Shown: one piece after another, positions 10,171 through 21,577 of the stretch
Layout of the letters: the number at the start of each line of letters is the position of its first letter
How positions within the stretch are numbered: position 1 is the first letter of the stretch
Assembly: GCA_934234185.1 (NCBI GenBank)
Contig: CAKQHO010000004.1
Span: forward strand, 15,576-79,575
Length of the DNA: 64,000 bases
Reading direction: 5' to 3'
From: an uncultured Psychrobacillus sp.
GTDB lineage: Bacteria; Bacillota; Bacilli; Bacillales_A; Planococcaceae
The notes under the pieces: model-generated
What the model was told of the DNA's origin: nothing
The model's input: the letters and a program-made list of their open reading frames with translations, nothing else
Database searches by the model: none
Made by a program: the position numbers and the translations under genes

Positions 10171-11400
10171 ATGGAAATTTTTATTGCTCGACAGCCGATT
10201 TTCACCAAAGTTGAATCTATTTTTGGCTTTGAGCTACTCTATAGAAACAATGAAAATAATACCTTCCCTAAAATAGATGGCGACACTGCTACCTTAGACG
10301 TACTAACCCATTCCTTTTTAACTATAGGAATAAATGAGCTTGCAGGAGACAAGCTTTGCTTTATAAATTTTACAGAAAACCTTCTGGAGAGGGAGGTTTT
10401 AAAAAAACTTCCACCTAACAGAATTGTAGTAGAAATTCTTGAAGATATTATCATTACACCAGCCCTTCTTGACAAAATCCGTCGAATAAAGGCACTTGGT
10501 TTCTTAATAGCATTGGATGATTTCGTATTTACGCAAAAAGCGGAAAATTATGCGGAGCTTTTCAAACTTGTAAATTTTATTAAAGTAGATTTTCTAGCAA
10601 CCCCCTTGAAGGAAAGACGAGAACTAGAATACATTGTAAAGAAAGAATATCCTCATATTGTTTTACTTGCTGAAAAAGTAGAGACTCGCATTCAGTTTTA
10701 TGAAGCGAAAACTTCCGGCTATAGTCTCTTTCAAGGTTATTTTTTCGCAAAGCCAGAGATTGTAAAGGCTGCAGAAATTCCTCATAATTTGATGAGCTAT
10801 GTGCGTCTGATTACTATGCTTCGTGATGATAGTGTAAATATTGATGACGTGGCTGTGGAAATCGAGCGGGATGTCTCTCTTACGTATAAAGTGTTGAAAA
10901 TGATTAACTCGCCAGCTGTACGGACCAAATCGAAGGTCCGATCCATAAAACATGGAGTTCTGTTACTTGGTTTAGAGGAGTTAAATCATTGGCTACATGT
11001 TTTATTATTAAGAGAATCGCGGGCAAATAAAGAAAATGATGCTATTTTAGAGGCTTCTCTATTTAGAGCGAAATTTTGTGAACTACTAGCTAAGAGAAAC
11101 CGTAAATCAAACTCCTCTGAATATTTTTTAATGGGAATGTTTTCTTTGATTGATACGTTGCTACAACGTAGTATTCATCAATTAGTAAAAGAGTTACCAT
11201 TATCAGATGAGGTTGCTGCTACACTTTCCGGTGATTCGACAGAAATGACTGCTTATTTACAGCTGGCAGTTGCTTATGATGAGGTGCGATGGGATGCTAT
11301 GATAGAGGGTGCTTCCGCATTGGAAATAGACTTTTCTATTTTAAATAGCTATTATACAGTGGCTCGCAAATGGTCTTCAGATATTATTTCGGAATTATAA
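10171..11400 (+). CDS. EAL-domain + HDOD-domain protein (c-di-GMP phosphodiesterase-like)
   Basis: N-terminal 'ARQPIF...FGFELLYR' and 'VVEILED' EAL signatures. C-terminal 'VLKMINSPAVRTKSKVRSIKHGVLLLG' is an HDOD signature. Its 409-aa length matches B. subtilis YuxH/PdeH-type proteins. Confidence 0.7.
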   Translation: MEIFIARQPIFTKVESIFGFELLYRNNENNTFPKIDGDTATLDVLTHSFLTIGINELAGDKLCFINFTENLLEREVLKKLPPNRIVVEILEDIIITPALLDKIRRIKALGFLIALDDFVFTQKAENYAELFKLVNFIKVDFLATPLKERRELEYIVKKEYPHIVLLAEKVETRIQFYEAKTSGYSLFQGYFFAKPEIVKAAEIPHNLMSYVRLITMLRDDSVNIDDVAVEIERDVSLTYKVLKMINSPAVRTKSKVRSIKHGVLLLGLEELNHWLHVLLLRESRANKENDAILEASLFRAKFCELLAKRNRKSNSSEYFLMGMFSLIDTLLQRSIHQLVKELPLSDEVAATLSGDSTEMTAYLQLAVAYDEVRWDAMIEGASALEIDFSILNSYYTVARKWSSDIISEL

Positions 11401-11485
11401 CCTTATAAAAAGATAAGAAATTTAATAAACCTTGATACCATGAACCTCGTTTGAGGGCACTGAAAAAGTCCATTAATATTTGCAG

Positions 11486-11522
11486 CGAGTATGTGAGAGA
11501 GTTTTTTACATGCTCGTTTTTT
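11486..11522 (+). terminator. rho-independent terminator after the EAL/HDOD gene
   Basis: CGAGTATGT ... ACATGCTCG stem followed by TTTTTT. Confidence 0.65.
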
Positions 11523-11651
11523 ATATCGTTGATTTACATACGGCGGACGCTTGTCGGGGCAGGAATAGTCGCTTGCGACTTTTATAATAGAAAAGTTTAA
11601 CTGGAGATAATTATTAAATTTCCCAACTAACGAGGTACTTTAGTTGAAGGT

Positions 11652-11677
11652 GGACCATCTTTTGATGGTCCTTTTTT
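11652..11677 (+). terminator. orphan rho-independent terminator in an intergenic region
   Basis: GGACCATC-TTTT-GATGGTCC perfect stem followed by TTTTTT. There is no annotated ORF immediately upstream. Confidence 0.6.
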
Positions 11678-11786
11678 ATGGATTTTTTTTATTTCTATTC
11701 CAATAATTGTATCTTGGTGGTGATTGCATTTTTTTATAAAAGGAGTACAATAATAAGAACAAACGTTCTGAAGGGAGGTGAGATAT

Positions 11787-12137
11787 ATGCCATTAATTCC
11801 AGAGGAAGCAATGCCTTATTTTGAAAATATGATCTATCTCCCTATGGTCATGACTATATTAGAAAAAGACCGTGGTATTTTTGAAAAAGCTCCTTTCAAG
11901 CTGAAAAAACCGTACATAAACCTAGTAGAAGAAGCAGTAAAGCTTGTACAAAAGGAATTAAAGGAAACGCACTTATATATGAACAGGCACAGTATGAAGG
12001 TTTTACGCGGAGAGGGAGATGATATGTTCACCGAATATGTATTTTTTCATGGTGGGTATGAAGAACATCGTCGCTATTTAAATGTTAGGCTCCGCAACCG
12101 TGTGGAAGAGTTGTTAAGTGTTTATTTAACCAACTAG
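11787..12137 (+). CDS. conserved hypothetical protein
   Basis: ATG at 11787 lies 6 nt after GAAGGGAGGTG. 116-aa ORF converging on comK. Confidence 0.5.
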   Translation: MPLIPEEAMPYFENMIYLPMVMTILEKDRGIFEKAPFKLKKPYINLVEEAVKLVQKELKETHLYMNRHSMKVLRGEGDDMFTEYVFFHGGYEEHRRYLNVRLRNRVEELLSVYLTN

Positions 12138-12676
12138 TGAATGGGAAACTTTCGGTGATGACGATTTCTTGTAGTGACAAATTGCGTGTTTAATAAGTTA
12201 CTCATACGCTTCAAGAAATGGTTATTCAACATATTTGCATATGCAACCTGGCGGCTTATTGTATTTTGAGAGACAGATACCTGTATAGACTCTCCATGGG
12301 GTAAAGTAATCATACATCCATGCTCAGAGGGATAGTAGGCATCAATAGCATTCATGGAAAACCAAACATTTAAATCAGATTTTGGGGAAAGTGTTGGAAC
12401 AAAAACGCAAGGGTAACCATAATCATGGGCAATGACGATTGGAAGCTTCAGATAATTTCCAATGATTTCTTTAGATAATTGTACACTATGGGAAAAGGAA
12501 GAACCGTAAAAAGCACAGGAATGACGGATAATGTCATAAGGCTTTCGACCCACGATAAATGATTCGCCAGAGAAATTAATAACCTTTGTAAAAATTTTGT
12601 TATTTACAGTCTTTGGTTCCAATACAGCGGTTTCAAAAGTAACAAGAAAGGATTTATTTTCCACTATTTTTGACAA
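12134..12676 (-). CDS. comK: competence transcription factor ComK
   Basis: 'RHSCAFYGSSFSHS' and 'PIVIAHDYGYPCVFVPTLSPKS' parallel B. subtilis ComK 'RSCRFFGSSYAGRK' and 'PIMV...FPTLS'. AT-rich upstream region. Confidence 0.8.
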   Translation of the reverse strand: MSKIVENKSFLVTFETAVLEPKTVNNKIFTKVINFSGESFIVGRKPYDIIRHSCAFYGSSFSHSVQLSKEIIGNYLKLPIVIAHDYGYPCVFVPTLSPKSDLNVWFSMNAIDAYYPSEHGCMITLPHGESIQVSVSQNTISRQVAYANMLNNHFLKRMSNLLNTQFVTTRNRHHRKFPIH

Positions 12677-12846
12677 AAATATTCACTCCTTAGTAAATTT
12701 ATAAATTAATTATAGTTAAATTTGGAAAAAAATCAAGTCAATTTATTTATTTTTTAGAAAGTTCCATATTTACTATATAATCTAAATTTTCTTAAAATCA
12801 TTGCAACATACTCTTAGCTTTTATATAATGTAAAAAAGGCATCGGG

Positions 12847-13086
12847 GTGATGGAAATGGACAAACAATATTCATATACAGATTTTATGAAGGCAATAGGA
12901 CAGACTGGGAAAGAAAGCTCTGCAGAAAAATTGTTAAATGAAATATATCTAGATATGTTTTTGAACATCGTCCACCGAGAACAACGTAGTAGTCGATTAA
13001 TGAAATTAATCGACGAGGCATTAGATCGTAAGGACAAGGATGCATTTGCTCATTATACCAACGTGTTAATTCAATTAAAGAGCTAA
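12847..13086 (+). CDS. IDEAL-domain protein
   Basis: C-terminal 'LMKLIDEALDRKDKDAFAHYTNVL' contains the eponymous IDEAL motif. Confidence 0.65.
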   Translation: MMEMDKQYSYTDFMKAIGQTGKESSAEKLLNEIYLDMFLNIVHREQRSSRLMKLIDEALDRKDKDAFAHYTNVLIQLKS

Positions 13087-13088
13087 TT

Positions 13089-13116
13089 AGCCGCTTATTA
13101 AGAGCGGCTTTTTTTC
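13089..13116 (+). terminator. rho-independent terminator
   Basis: AGCCGCT ... AGCGGCT stem followed by a T-run. Confidence 0.7.
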
Positions 13117-13205
13117 TAAAAACTAAATGTAATTAATTGGATAATTTATTTTGCAATTTACAAATAATTACTGACAGGAAATCATTTGGGAGAAGGAGAG
13201 ATCAA

Positions 13206-14786
13206 GTGAAGTACTGGATTAATATTACTTTTGTAGCCATGGTATGTATGCTGCCGATGGTAGTACATGCGGAAGAAAAATGGGTTATTGAAACGTTGGA
13301 GCATCATATAGTTTATTCAGCGCCGGATAAGGGCTCGACTGTTCTGTCAGAGGGGGCGGGAAAACAAACATATGAAGCAACTGATATAAAGGAAGGTTTT
13401 TATCAGATATCTGTCAACGGTACAGCTGGATACATACATAACAAAGAGGCTACCAGTAAGTTTGAAAAACATATAAAATCCTTTGAGGTTTTAGAGGAAA
13501 CAATCCCTTATTATGTTGTCCACAAAGGAGAATACATACAAAGAGGAACGCTATCAAAAGGAATTGTTTTATCTAGAACCAATTCGATGGCTGACTATCA
13601 TATTATAGAGGACGGGAAAGGGGTATTTTATGTGCCTATAAAGGGGACAAGCCCTACCTCTAAAACTCCTATTGCAGTGCAACAAAGGAAGGCTAAATAC
13701 CCGATGAAGCTGAGCAACCCAAAAGAGATTGTAGTGTATGACAAAAATGATAGAAAGATAGGTACGCTAAAAGCTAATTCTTCTATTAATCTACTAGGTC
13801 TTAACAAAGGAAAAGGTGTTATCTCATTTTTAGGAAAAGACGGTCGCATTCCAATGGCAGAGCTTGTCCACAGCAATTTACTTCAGCCTAAAAAGGTATT
13901 AAAGCATGATGAGCTATCATACTTCCTGCAGGTGATTGCAGCTTTGTATCCTAGTTTTACGAAGCTGGAGGTTATAGGGAAGTCAGTAGAAGGCAAAGAA
14001 TTACATGCTCTTAGAGTAGGGAATGGTAAAAGAGAGGTTTTAATCGATGGTGCCATGCATGCGAGAGAGCATATGACCTCTAATCTCCTGGCTGAAATGA
14101 TTGACACCTATACATTCCATTATGAAAAACAGACAAACTACAGCGGCTATAATGTACGAAATGTATTAAATCAAACCTCCATCTGGTTTGTTCCAATGAT
14201 GAATCCAGATGGGGTAACGCTTGTCCAAAGTGGACCAAAATCATTAAAGTTTGGAAGTCTAGCTACTCAAATTAATGGGGGAACAAACTTTAATAGATGG
14301 AAGGCTAACATACGTGGAGTAGATTTAAATGATAACTTCGCATCTGCTTGGGAAAAAATTCGTGGAGGAAGCAATAAGCCTGCGTATATGGCATATAAGG
14401 GCTTTCGCGTATTTAGTGAACCTGAGGCTCGGGCATTAAGAGACTTTGTAAAAAAGCATAACTTTAAGACATACATTTCTTATCACTCCTCGGGACAGGT
14501 GATGTATTGGTTTAACTATCAGGATTCTACAAGACTAAAAAGAGACAGAGGGTTAGCGTCGAAGCTATCCAATATTACTGGCTACCGTGTAATGCCACCT
14601 CAAAATTTACCGGGCTCTGGATCTTCTGCTGATTGGTTCATTCAAGAGACAAAAAATCCTGGGATCACCTTAGAAATTTCTCCGGCAGTTGGCGAAAAGC
14701 CGGTGCCTTTATTCAGATGGGATGCTGTATGGCAACAAAACAAGTCTATTGGCTTATTCCTATCAAAGGAAGCTACGACAAGATAA
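13206..14786 (+). CDS. secreted M14-family zinc carboxypeptidase (gamma-D-glutamyl-diamino-acid peptidase-like) with N-terminal SH3-like repeats
   Basis: GTG at 13206 follows GGAGAAGGAGAG. Signal peptide 'VKYWINITFVAMVCMLPMVVHA'. Zinc motif 'HAREHMTS' and later 'SYHSSGQ'. Confidence 0.75.
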   Translation: MKYWINITFVAMVCMLPMVVHAEEKWVIETLEHHIVYSAPDKGSTVLSEGAGKQTYEATDIKEGFYQISVNGTAGYIHNKEATSKFEKHIKSFEVLEETIPYYVVHKGEYIQRGTLSKGIVLSRTNSMADYHIIEDGKGVFYVPIKGTSPTSKTPIAVQQRKAKYPMKLSNPKEIVVYDKNDRKIGTLKANSSINLLGLNKGKGVISFLGKDGRIPMAELVHSNLLQPKKVLKHDELSYFLQVIAALYPSFTKLEVIGKSVEGKELHALRVGNGKREVLIDGAMHAREHMTSNLLAEMIDTYTFHYEKQTNYSGYNVRNVLNQTSIWFVPMMNPDGVTLVQSGPKSLKFGSLATQINGGTNFNRWKANIRGVDLNDNFASAWEKIRGGSNKPAYMAYKGFRVFSEPEARALRDFVKKHNFKTYISYHSSGQVMYWFNYQDSTRLKRDRGLASKLSNITGYRVMPPQNLPGSGSSADWFIQETKNPGITLEISPAVGEKPVPLFRWDAVWQQNKSIGLFLSKEATTR

Positions 14787-14798
14787 ACTCATAGGAAT

Positions 14799-14831
14799 GA
14801 CCACAGTTGACCTGATACTGTGGTCTTTTTA
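14799..14831 (+). terminator. rho-independent terminator
   Basis: GACCACAG ... CTGTGGTC stem followed by TTTTT. Confidence 0.7.
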
Positions 14832-14904
14832 TATGAAAAAATAAAAGTAAAGAGCATTAATTGTGTGTAAATTAGGGAAAAGATAGGTAAGTCGGTTGAA
14901 TGAA

Positions 14905-15000
14905 AACTATGTGCAAGTAATGGAACCTCAACCGCAAGCGCTAAATAACGGTGAAGTAAGTACAAGTATAGTTAATCACCACGCAAGTAAGGCATTACTG
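14905..15000 (-). repeat. solo copy (inverted) of the TACTTGCG-module repeat family
   Basis: Contains gtgcaagtaatgg, accgcaagcgc and cacgcaagtaagg. These are reverse complements of the (T/A)TACTTGCG(G/A)T modules seen at 33.45-34.1 kb. Confidence 0.6.
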
Positions 15001-15064
15001 GAAACAAACAGGTATCGTATGTTTATTTATTTCTATCCCTTTATATAAATTTAGAATATTTTTT

Positions 15065-15079
15065 CGAAACATACGTTCG
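15065..15079. promoter_or_regulatory. LexA (Cheo) box candidate upstream of uvrB
   Basis: cgaaacatacgttcg; the reverse complement is CGAACGTATGTTTCG. One half-site is a perfect CGAAC and the other is imperfect relative to CGAAC-N4-GTTCG. It lies ~65 nt upstream of the uvrB start. Confidence 0.5.
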
Positions 15080-15143
15080 TTTTAGTCGTTTTCAAAAAGG
15101 GAATATGCTACACTAAAAATATTCAAATATGGGAGGCAAACAT

Positions 15144-17126
15144 ATGGATCAACAATTCGATTTGCAGGCTCCGTATAAACCGGCAGGAGATCAAATAGAC
15201 GCTATCAAACAGCTCGTAGCAGGAGTGAAGGAAGGCAAAAAACATCAAACCTTACTCGGTGCTACAGGTACAGGAAAGACCTTTACTGTGTCAAACGTAA
15301 TTCAACAAATAAATAAGCCTACACTTGTAATGGCTCACAATAAAACACTTGCTGGACAGCTATACAGCGAGTTTAAAGAATTTTTCCCTAATAACGCAGT
15401 AGAGTATTTTGTCAGCTACTATGATTATTATCAACCGGAGGCTTATGTTCCACAGACGGATACATATATAGAAAAGGACTCTAGTGTGAATGAAGAAATA
15501 GATAAGCTTCGACACTCAGCGACTTCTTCCTTATTCGAGCGAAAGGATGTAATTATTATTGCATCCGTATCCTGTATCTATGGCTTAGGGAATCCAGAGG
15601 AATACAGAGAAATGCTCGTATCCCTGCGTACAGGAATGGAAATTGAGCGCAATCAATTACTTCGAAAACTAGTGGACATCCAATATGAACGCAACGACAT
15701 AAATTTTACTCGTGGTACCTTTCGTGTTAGGGGAGATGTAGTAGAAATATTTCCTGCATCAAGAGACGAGAGATGTCTGAGGGTAGAATTTTTTGGTGAT
15801 GAAATAGACCGAATTCGAGAAGTGGATGCTTTAACAGGAGAGATATTGGGAGAAAGAGATCATGTTGCTATTTTTCCGGCTTCCCACTTCGTAACAAGAG
15901 AAGATAAGATGAAAATTGCGATTCAAAACATTGAAAAAGAGCTTGAGGAGCAGCTAGCTTATTTACGCAGTGAGGATAAGCTGTTAGAGGCACAGCGTTT
16001 AGAGCAAAGAACGAGATATGATCTAGAGATGATGGAGGAAATGGGCTTCTGCTCTGGTATTGAAAACTATTCTCGCCACTTAACGTTAAGAGAGGCAGGG
16101 GCTACTCCGTATACCCTAATAGACTATTTTCCAAAGGACTTCCTTCTTATCGTAGATGAAAGCCACGTTTCATTACCACAGGTAAGAGGAATGTATAATG
16201 GTGACCAGGCAAGAAAGTCTGTGTTAGTAAATCATGGCTTCCGTTTGCCATCAGCACTTGATAACCGTCCATTAACGTTTGCGGAATTTGAGAGCCATAT
16301 TGACCAAGCGATTTATGTGTCAGCTACTCCAGGTCCATACGAGCTGGATCATACTCCAGAAATGGTAGAACAAATCATTCGACCAACAGGGCTATTGGAT
16401 CCTGTTATTACAGTGAAGCCGAGAGAAGGACAAATTGATGATTTAATTAATGAAATATATGAGAGAACGAAAAAAGATGAAAGAGTATTGATTACTACAC
16501 TGACGAAAAAAATGTCAGAGGATTTAGCGGATTACTTAAAAGAAATCGGCATCAAGGTTCAGTACTTACATTCAGAGATCAAAACATTAGAACGAATTGA
16601 AATTATTAGAGAGCTTCGGTTAGGCACGTATGATGTGCTTATTGGAATTAACCTTCTAAGGGAAGGGTTAGATATACCAGAAGTATCGTTAGTAGCAATA
16701 TTAGACGCCGATAAAGAAGGATTCTTACGTTCAGAGCGATCCTTGATTCAAACTATTGGACGTGCAGCCCGTAACTCGAACGGTGAAGTAATTATGTATG
16801 CGGATAAAATAACAGATTCTATGCGTAAAGCAATTGATGAGACAAAGCGCCGTCGTACCATTCAAATAGAATATAACGAAAAGCATGGCATTACACCGAA
16901 GACTATTCAGAAAAAGGTTGGAGAGGCTATCCGTGCTACGAAGGTTGCAGAAGAAGAGGGTACTTATGCTCAACAATTAACAAACGGTAAAGTCTTAACA
17001 AAAGAAGAAAAGGGTAAACTACTAGCAAACCTAGAAAAAGAAATGAAGGATGCAGCAAAGGCGCTTAACTTTGAGCGGGCAGCCGAACTACGGGATGCAA
17101 TACTGGAACTCAAGCTGGAAGGGTGA
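15144..17126 (+). CDS. uvrB: excinuclease ABC subunit B
   Basis: '[14 protein letters not shown]', Walker A '[10 protein letters not shown]', helicase motifs, and a C-terminal UVR domain '[11 protein letters not shown]'. ATG at 15144 follows GGGAGG. Confidence 0.97.
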   Translation: MDQQFDLQAPYKPAGDQIDAIKQLVAGVKEGKKHQTLLGATGTGKTFTVSNVIQQINKPTLVMAHNKTLAGQLYSEFKEFFPNNAVEYFVSYYDYYQPEAYVPQTDTYIEKDSSVNEEIDKLRHSATSSLFERKDVIIIASVSCIYGLGNPEEYREMLVSLRTGMEIERNQLLRKLVDIQYERNDINFTRGTFRVRGDVVEIFPASRDERCLRVEFFGDEIDRIREVDALTGEILGERDHVAIFPASHFVTREDKMKIAIQNIEKELEEQLAYLRSEDKLLEAQRLEQRTRYDLEMMEEMGFCSGIENYSRHLTLREAGATPYTLIDYFPKDFLLIVDESHVSLPQVRGMYNGDQARKSVLVNHGFRLPSALDNRPLTFAEFESHIDQAIYVSATPGPYELDHTPEMVEQIIRPTGLLDPVITVKPREGQIDDLINEIYERTKKDERVLITTLTKKMSEDLADYLKEIGIKVQYLHSEIKTLERIEIIRELRLGTYDVLIGINLLREGLDIPEVSLVAILDADKEGFLRSERSLIQTIGRAARNSNGEVIMYADKITDSMRKAIDETKRRRTIQIEYNEKHGITPKTIQKKVGEAIRATKVAEEEGTYAQQLTNGKVLTKEEKGKLLANLEKEMKDAAKALNFERAAELRDAILELKLEG

Positions 17127-19999
17127 GGTTTTTGAAAAACCAAGAGATTAGAATAGAGGGCGCACGTGCCCATAATTTAAAAAATGTTAGCTTGACTATA
17201 CCAAGAGATAAGCTTGTCGTAATGACAGGCTTATCTGGTTCTGGAAAGTCTTCTTTAGCGTTTGATACCATCTATGCTGAAGGACAAAGAAGATATGTAG
17301 AATCGTTGTCAGCGTATGCTAGGCAATTTTTAGGGCAAATGGATAAGCCAGATGTAGATGTTATTGAGGGATTATCTCCTGCCATTTCAATTGATCAAAA
17401 AACAACAAGTAAAAATCCACGATCTACAGTGGCAACGGTAACAGAAATCTATGATTACCTACGTCTTTTATATGCTAGAGTTGGAAAACCAATATGTCCA
17501 AAGCATGGCATCGAGATTTCCTCTCAAACCATTGAGCAGATGGTAGACCGTCTAAGTGAATTTCCGGAAAGAACGAGAATGCAAGTACTGGCTCCCATTG
17601 TATCGGGAAGAAAAGGTTCACATATTAAACTATTAGAGGATATGAAAAAGCAAGGCTACGTTCGCGTTCGTGTTGATGGTGAGCTTATAGATTTAGATGA
17701 TGATATTAATCTTGATAAAAATAAAAAGCATAATATTGAAGTGGTTATCGATCGAGTGGTAATGAAGGAGGGAGTGGCAGCTAGACTTAGTGACTCCCTA
17801 GAATCTGCACTGCGCTTAGGAGATGGCAGGGTACTAATTGATGTTATGGAGCATGAGGAACTTTTATTTAGTGAAAACCATGCATGTCCGATATGTGGGT
17901 TTTCTATTGGTGAGCTTGAACCACGTATGTTCTCCTTCAATAGTCCCTTTGGGGCTTGTCCGGATTGTGATGGGTTAGGAACTAAACAGGAGGTAGACCC
18001 TGATTTGGTAGTCCCAGATAAAAGGCTGACGCTCGAGGAGGGGGCAATTGTTCCCTGGCAGCCTACTAGCTCACAATATTATCCAAGTCTATTAGCAGCT
18101 ATTTGTAAGCATTATGGAATTCCGATGGACGTGCCGGTAGAAAATCTTCCAGCAGACCAATGGAATAAAATAATGTACGGCTCAGGAGACGATAAAATTC
18201 GATTCCGCTATAAAAATGAATACGGACAAGTAAGAGATAATTTAATATATTTTGAAGGTGTTCTTGGTAATATTGAACGTCGTTTCAAGGAAACCTCCTC
18301 GGAATGGACAAGAGAGCAAATGGAAAAATATATGGGTATGCACAAATGTCCAACGTGTAAAGGTTATCGCTTAAAGGAAGAGACGATGGCAGTAAAGGTT
18401 GAATCCATGCACATTGGTCAAATAACCGAATTTTCTATTGTAGAAGCATATAACTTTTTCAAGGAACTACAAATGTCTGAGAAGGATATGCAAATCGCTA
18501 AGCTTATTTTAAGAGAAATTAATGAACGACTGGGCTTCTTAGATAATGTTGGCCTTGATTATTTAACGTTGAACCGAGCATCTGGTACGTTATCAGGGGG
18601 AGAGGCACAGCGTATCCGGCTAGCAACCCAAATAGGTTCTCGATTATCAGGAGTACTCTATATTTTGGATGAGCCATCTATTGGATTGCATCAACGAGAC
18701 AATGATCGCTTGATTGATACACTCAAAAATATGAGAGATATCGGAAATACATTAATTGTCGTAGAGCATGATGAAGATACGATGATGGCTGCAGATTATC
18801 TCGTTGATATTGGACCAGGAGCAGGAATTCATGGAGGTCAGGTTGTTGCAGCTGGCACACCTGAGGAAGTGATGAAAAATTCGAATTCGTTGACTGGACA
18901 ATATTTAAGTGGGGAGAAATTTATCCCACTGCCTCTGGAAAGAAGAAAGCCAGACGGCAGATATATCAAGATAAAGGGTGCTACGGAAAATAATCTGAAA
19001 AACGTAACGGTGGAAATTCCATTAGGAGTATTCACTGCTGTAACAGGTGTTTCAGGATCTGGAAAAAGTACCTTGGTAAATGAAATTCTTTATAAAACCC
19101 TTGCTCATAAAATCAATCGAGCGAAGACAAAGCCGGGAGCAAACAAAGGGGTAGAAGGAATTGAAGAGCTAGATAAGGTAATAGACATCGACCAATCACC
19201 AATTGGTCGTACGCCTAGATCCAACCCTGCAACCTATACAGGTGTATTCGATGATATCCGTGATTTGTTTTCCAATACAAATGAAGCAAAGGTTCGAGGA
19301 TATAAAAAAGGAAGATTCAGCTTTAATGTAAAAGGAGGACGCTGTGAGGCATGTCGTGGAGATGGAATTATAAAAATTGAAATGCATTTCCTACCTGATG
19401 TGTATGTGCCTTGCGAGGTTTGTCATGGTAAACGCTACAATCGAGAAACTCTAGAAGTTCAATACAGAGGTAAAAATATTGCCGATGTACTGGAAATGAC
19501 AATTGAAGATGGCCTAGCCTTTTTCGAAAACCATCCTAAAATCAGTCGAAAGATCCAAACTATTTACGATGTCGGACTAGGATATATGAAACTAGGTCAA
19601 CCAGCTACCACGCTTTCTGGCGGAGAAGCCCAACGAGTTAAGCTGGCATCTGAGCTACACAAACGTTCTAATGGTAAATCATTTTATATTTTAGATGAGC
19701 CGACAACGGGACTTCATGTCGATGACATAGCGAGACTGCTTGAGGTTTTACAGCGTCTAGTAGAAAATGGTGACACAGTGCTCGTTATTGAGCATAACCT
19801 AGATGTTATAAAGACTGCAGACTATTTGATTGACTTAGGTCCAGAGGGTGGAGACAGAGGCGGTACGATCGTTGGTGTCGGAACACCAGAGGATATAGCT
19901 GCAAACAAAAAATCCTATACTGGGAAATATTTAAAAACTGTTTTGGATAGAGATCGGAAGCGAATGAAACAGGTTGTGTCTGAAGCTGCCTCTAAATAA
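17123..19999 (+). CDS. uvrA: excinuclease ABC subunit A
   Basis: 'GARAHNLKN', two ABC ATPase modules ('[14 protein letters not shown]', '[11 protein letters not shown]', 'LSGGEAQR' twice) and zinc-finger cysteines. Overlaps the uvrB stop. Confidence 0.97.
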   Translation: MRFLKNQEIRIEGARAHNLKNVSLTIPRDKLVVMTGLSGSGKSSLAFDTIYAEGQRRYVESLSAYARQFLGQMDKPDVDVIEGLSPAISIDQKTTSKNPRSTVATVTEIYDYLRLLYARVGKPICPKHGIEISSQTIEQMVDRLSEFPERTRMQVLAPIVSGRKGSHIKLLEDMKKQGYVRVRVDGELIDLDDDINLDKNKKHNIEVVIDRVVMKEGVAARLSDSLESALRLGDGRVLIDVMEHEELLFSENHACPICGFSIGELEPRMFSFNSPFGACPDCDGLGTKQEVDPDLVVPDKRLTLEEGAIVPWQPTSSQYYPSLLAAICKHYGIPMDVPVENLPADQWNKIMYGSGDDKIRFRYKNEYGQVRDNLIYFEGVLGNIERRFKETSSEWTREQMEKYMGMHKCPTCKGYRLKEETMAVKVESMHIGQITEFSIVEAYNFFKELQMSEKDMQIAKLILREINERLGFLDNVGLDYLTLNRASGTLSGGEAQRIRLATQIGSRLSGVLYILDEPSIGLHQRDNDRLIDTLKNMRDIGNTLIVVEHDEDTMMAADYLVDIGPGAGIHGGQVVAAGTPEEVMKNSNSLTGQYLSGEKFIPLPLERRKPDGRYIKIKGATENNLKNVTVEIPLGVFTAVTGVSGSGKSTLVNEILYKTLAHKINRAKTKPGANKGVEGIEELDKVIDIDQSPIGRTPRSNPATYTGVFDDIRDLFSNTNEAKVRGYKKGRFSFNVKGGRCEACRGDGIIKIEMHFLPDVYVPCEVCHGKRYNRETLEVQYRGKNIADVLEMTIEDGLAFFENHPKISRKIQTIYDVGLGYMKLGQPATTLSGGEAQRVKLASELHKRSNGKSFYILDEPTTGLHVDDIARLLEVLQRLVENGDTVLVIEHNLDVIKTADYLIDLGPEGGDRGGTIVGVGTPEDIAANKKSYTGKYLKTVLDRDRKRMKQVVSEAASK

Positions 20000-20092
20000 A
20001 TTCGTATATGAAACCTTTTACACGATGAATCGTATTAGATAGAGGGAAAGCAGTTTGCATTATACTTTCAATTTAGGAGGAGGTCTTTCATT

Positions 20093-21223
20093 ATGCAAGA
20101 AGAACGTAAAAGAATACTGGACATGGTTGAAAACGGGACCATTACTGCCCAAGAGGCACTAGAACTATTAGAGGCACTTGGTAAAACAACTACGACAGCA
20201 ACTCCAACAGTGAATGAAGAAATGCATCAAGAACAGAAAACATATGGTAAATCATCGTCCAAACAACAAAATCCTGACTTTGTGGAGGAAATTAAGCGTG
20301 ATTTTACCGTTATAGGTGAAAGATTCATGCAGTTCATGCAAGGGACTGTCGATAAACTAAAGGATTTTGAATTTGATGTAAAAATTACAGATCCGATTGT
20401 ATTTGAAGAGAAGTTTGTAAAAGAAGATGCAGAATTCGAGGATATTAGCATTAATATTGCGAATGGTAAGGTGGAAATAATACCTACTGACGAATCTCAT
20501 ACTTCTGCAGTTGTAAAGGCTAAATGCTACCGAGGAGCTAATGAAACAGAAGCAAAAGCTCGTTTCCACGAGGAATTTATTTTTACAACGGAAGCAAACA
20601 AGCTTCGTGTGTATAGCGATATGAAAACTATCTCAGCGCATGTAGTTTTATTTGTTCCAAAAAAATCATACAATCATATTTCTGCTCGATTATTTAATGG
20701 AGATTTCACAGCGAAAAATCTTGAACTTAATACGTTAAAGGTTAGAACGACGAATGGTAAAGTAGATTTGGATGAACTTACTTTTAAACGTGCAGACATT
20801 GAAACAGGTAATGGAACAGTTCAAGTGCAACGAGTGAAAGGTGATTCTATCGAGGTAGAAACGATGAACGGTCGAATCTATGTAGACGGAAAGCTAAAAG
20901 AAATTGAAGGATCATCTGTAAGTGGTCAAGTAATACTCACCACCAAAGATAAAGATGCTCGCAAAATCGAAGGAACTGCAGTGGCAGGAACTGTAGAGCT
21001 ATATGTTCCAAAAAACGTTTCGATTAAGGGAGAAGTTACTACACAATTAGGTAAAATCGACGTGCAACTAGCGGATGTTACGAAGTGGAATGAAACCGAG
21101 CAACTGCTATATAGAAAAATAGGTTTTACTAAAATAACGGATTCTGAAGCAGACCCTTTAAGAGTATATGGCGATGCGAAAACAGGCTCTGTACTAGTAC
21201 GTTATACAATTGAAGGTGAATAA
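20093..21223 (+). CDS. DUF4097-type beta-strand repeat protein, YvlB-like
   Basis: N-terminal 'RKRILDMVENGTITAQEALELLEALGK' followed by repetitive 'NG.V' beta-strand units. Its position after uvrA matches B. subtilis yvlB. Confidence 0.6.
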   Translation: MQEERKRILDMVENGTITAQEALELLEALGKTTTTATPTVNEEMHQEQKTYGKSSSKQQNPDFVEEIKRDFTVIGERFMQFMQGTVDKLKDFEFDVKITDPIVFEEKFVKEDAEFEDISINIANGKVEIIPTDESHTSAVVKAKCYRGANETEAKARFHEEFIFTTEANKLRVYSDMKTISAHVVLFVPKKSYNHISARLFNGDFTAKNLELNTLKVRTTNGKVDLDELTFKRADIETGNGTVQVQRVKGDSIEVETMNGRIYVDGKLKEIEGSSVSGQVILTTKDKDARKIEGTAVAGTVELYVPKNVSIKGEVTTQLGKIDVQLADVTKWNETEQLLYRKIGFTKITDSEADPLRVYGDAKTGSVLVRYTIEGE

Positions 21224-21232
21224 TAAGGAAAG

Positions 21233-21256
21233 CGGCTCTTTGAGTCGTTTTTTTTT
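21233..21256 (+). terminator. rho-independent terminator
   Basis: CGGCTC-TTT-GAGTCG stem followed by T9. Confidence 0.6.
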
Positions 21257-21309
21257 ATGTTATAAATTGAACATCTGATTTTGGTTAGAAAGAGAATACA
21301 TACAATCAC

Positions 21310-21412
21310 TAGTTACATACGTGCAATTTTCTAGAGGTTACTTGCGATATACATAGCTTTACTTACGCTTCATTCTCGAATACTCGTGATAGAGGTCCTT
21401 ACTAGCATGCAA
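21310..21412 (+). repeat. degenerate solo copy of the TACTTGCG-module repeat family
   Basis: catacgtgcaatt, ggttacttgcgatat, ctttacttacgcttc, gaatactcgtgatag and ccttactagcatgc are spaced at ~20-22-nt intervals. Confidence 0.5.
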
Positions 21413-21577
21413 CGGTTCAATTAGTTGCCCAAAGTGTAAACTTTCTTTCATAATTATAGAAATGAAACCAGACTGTTCATAATTATCAAGATCAAAAGTA
21501 AAATGGATACTTATTATCCTCTCTATCATGATAAAATAAGGAATAGTAAAAAGAGGTTAGGAAGGAGCTGGATAACG

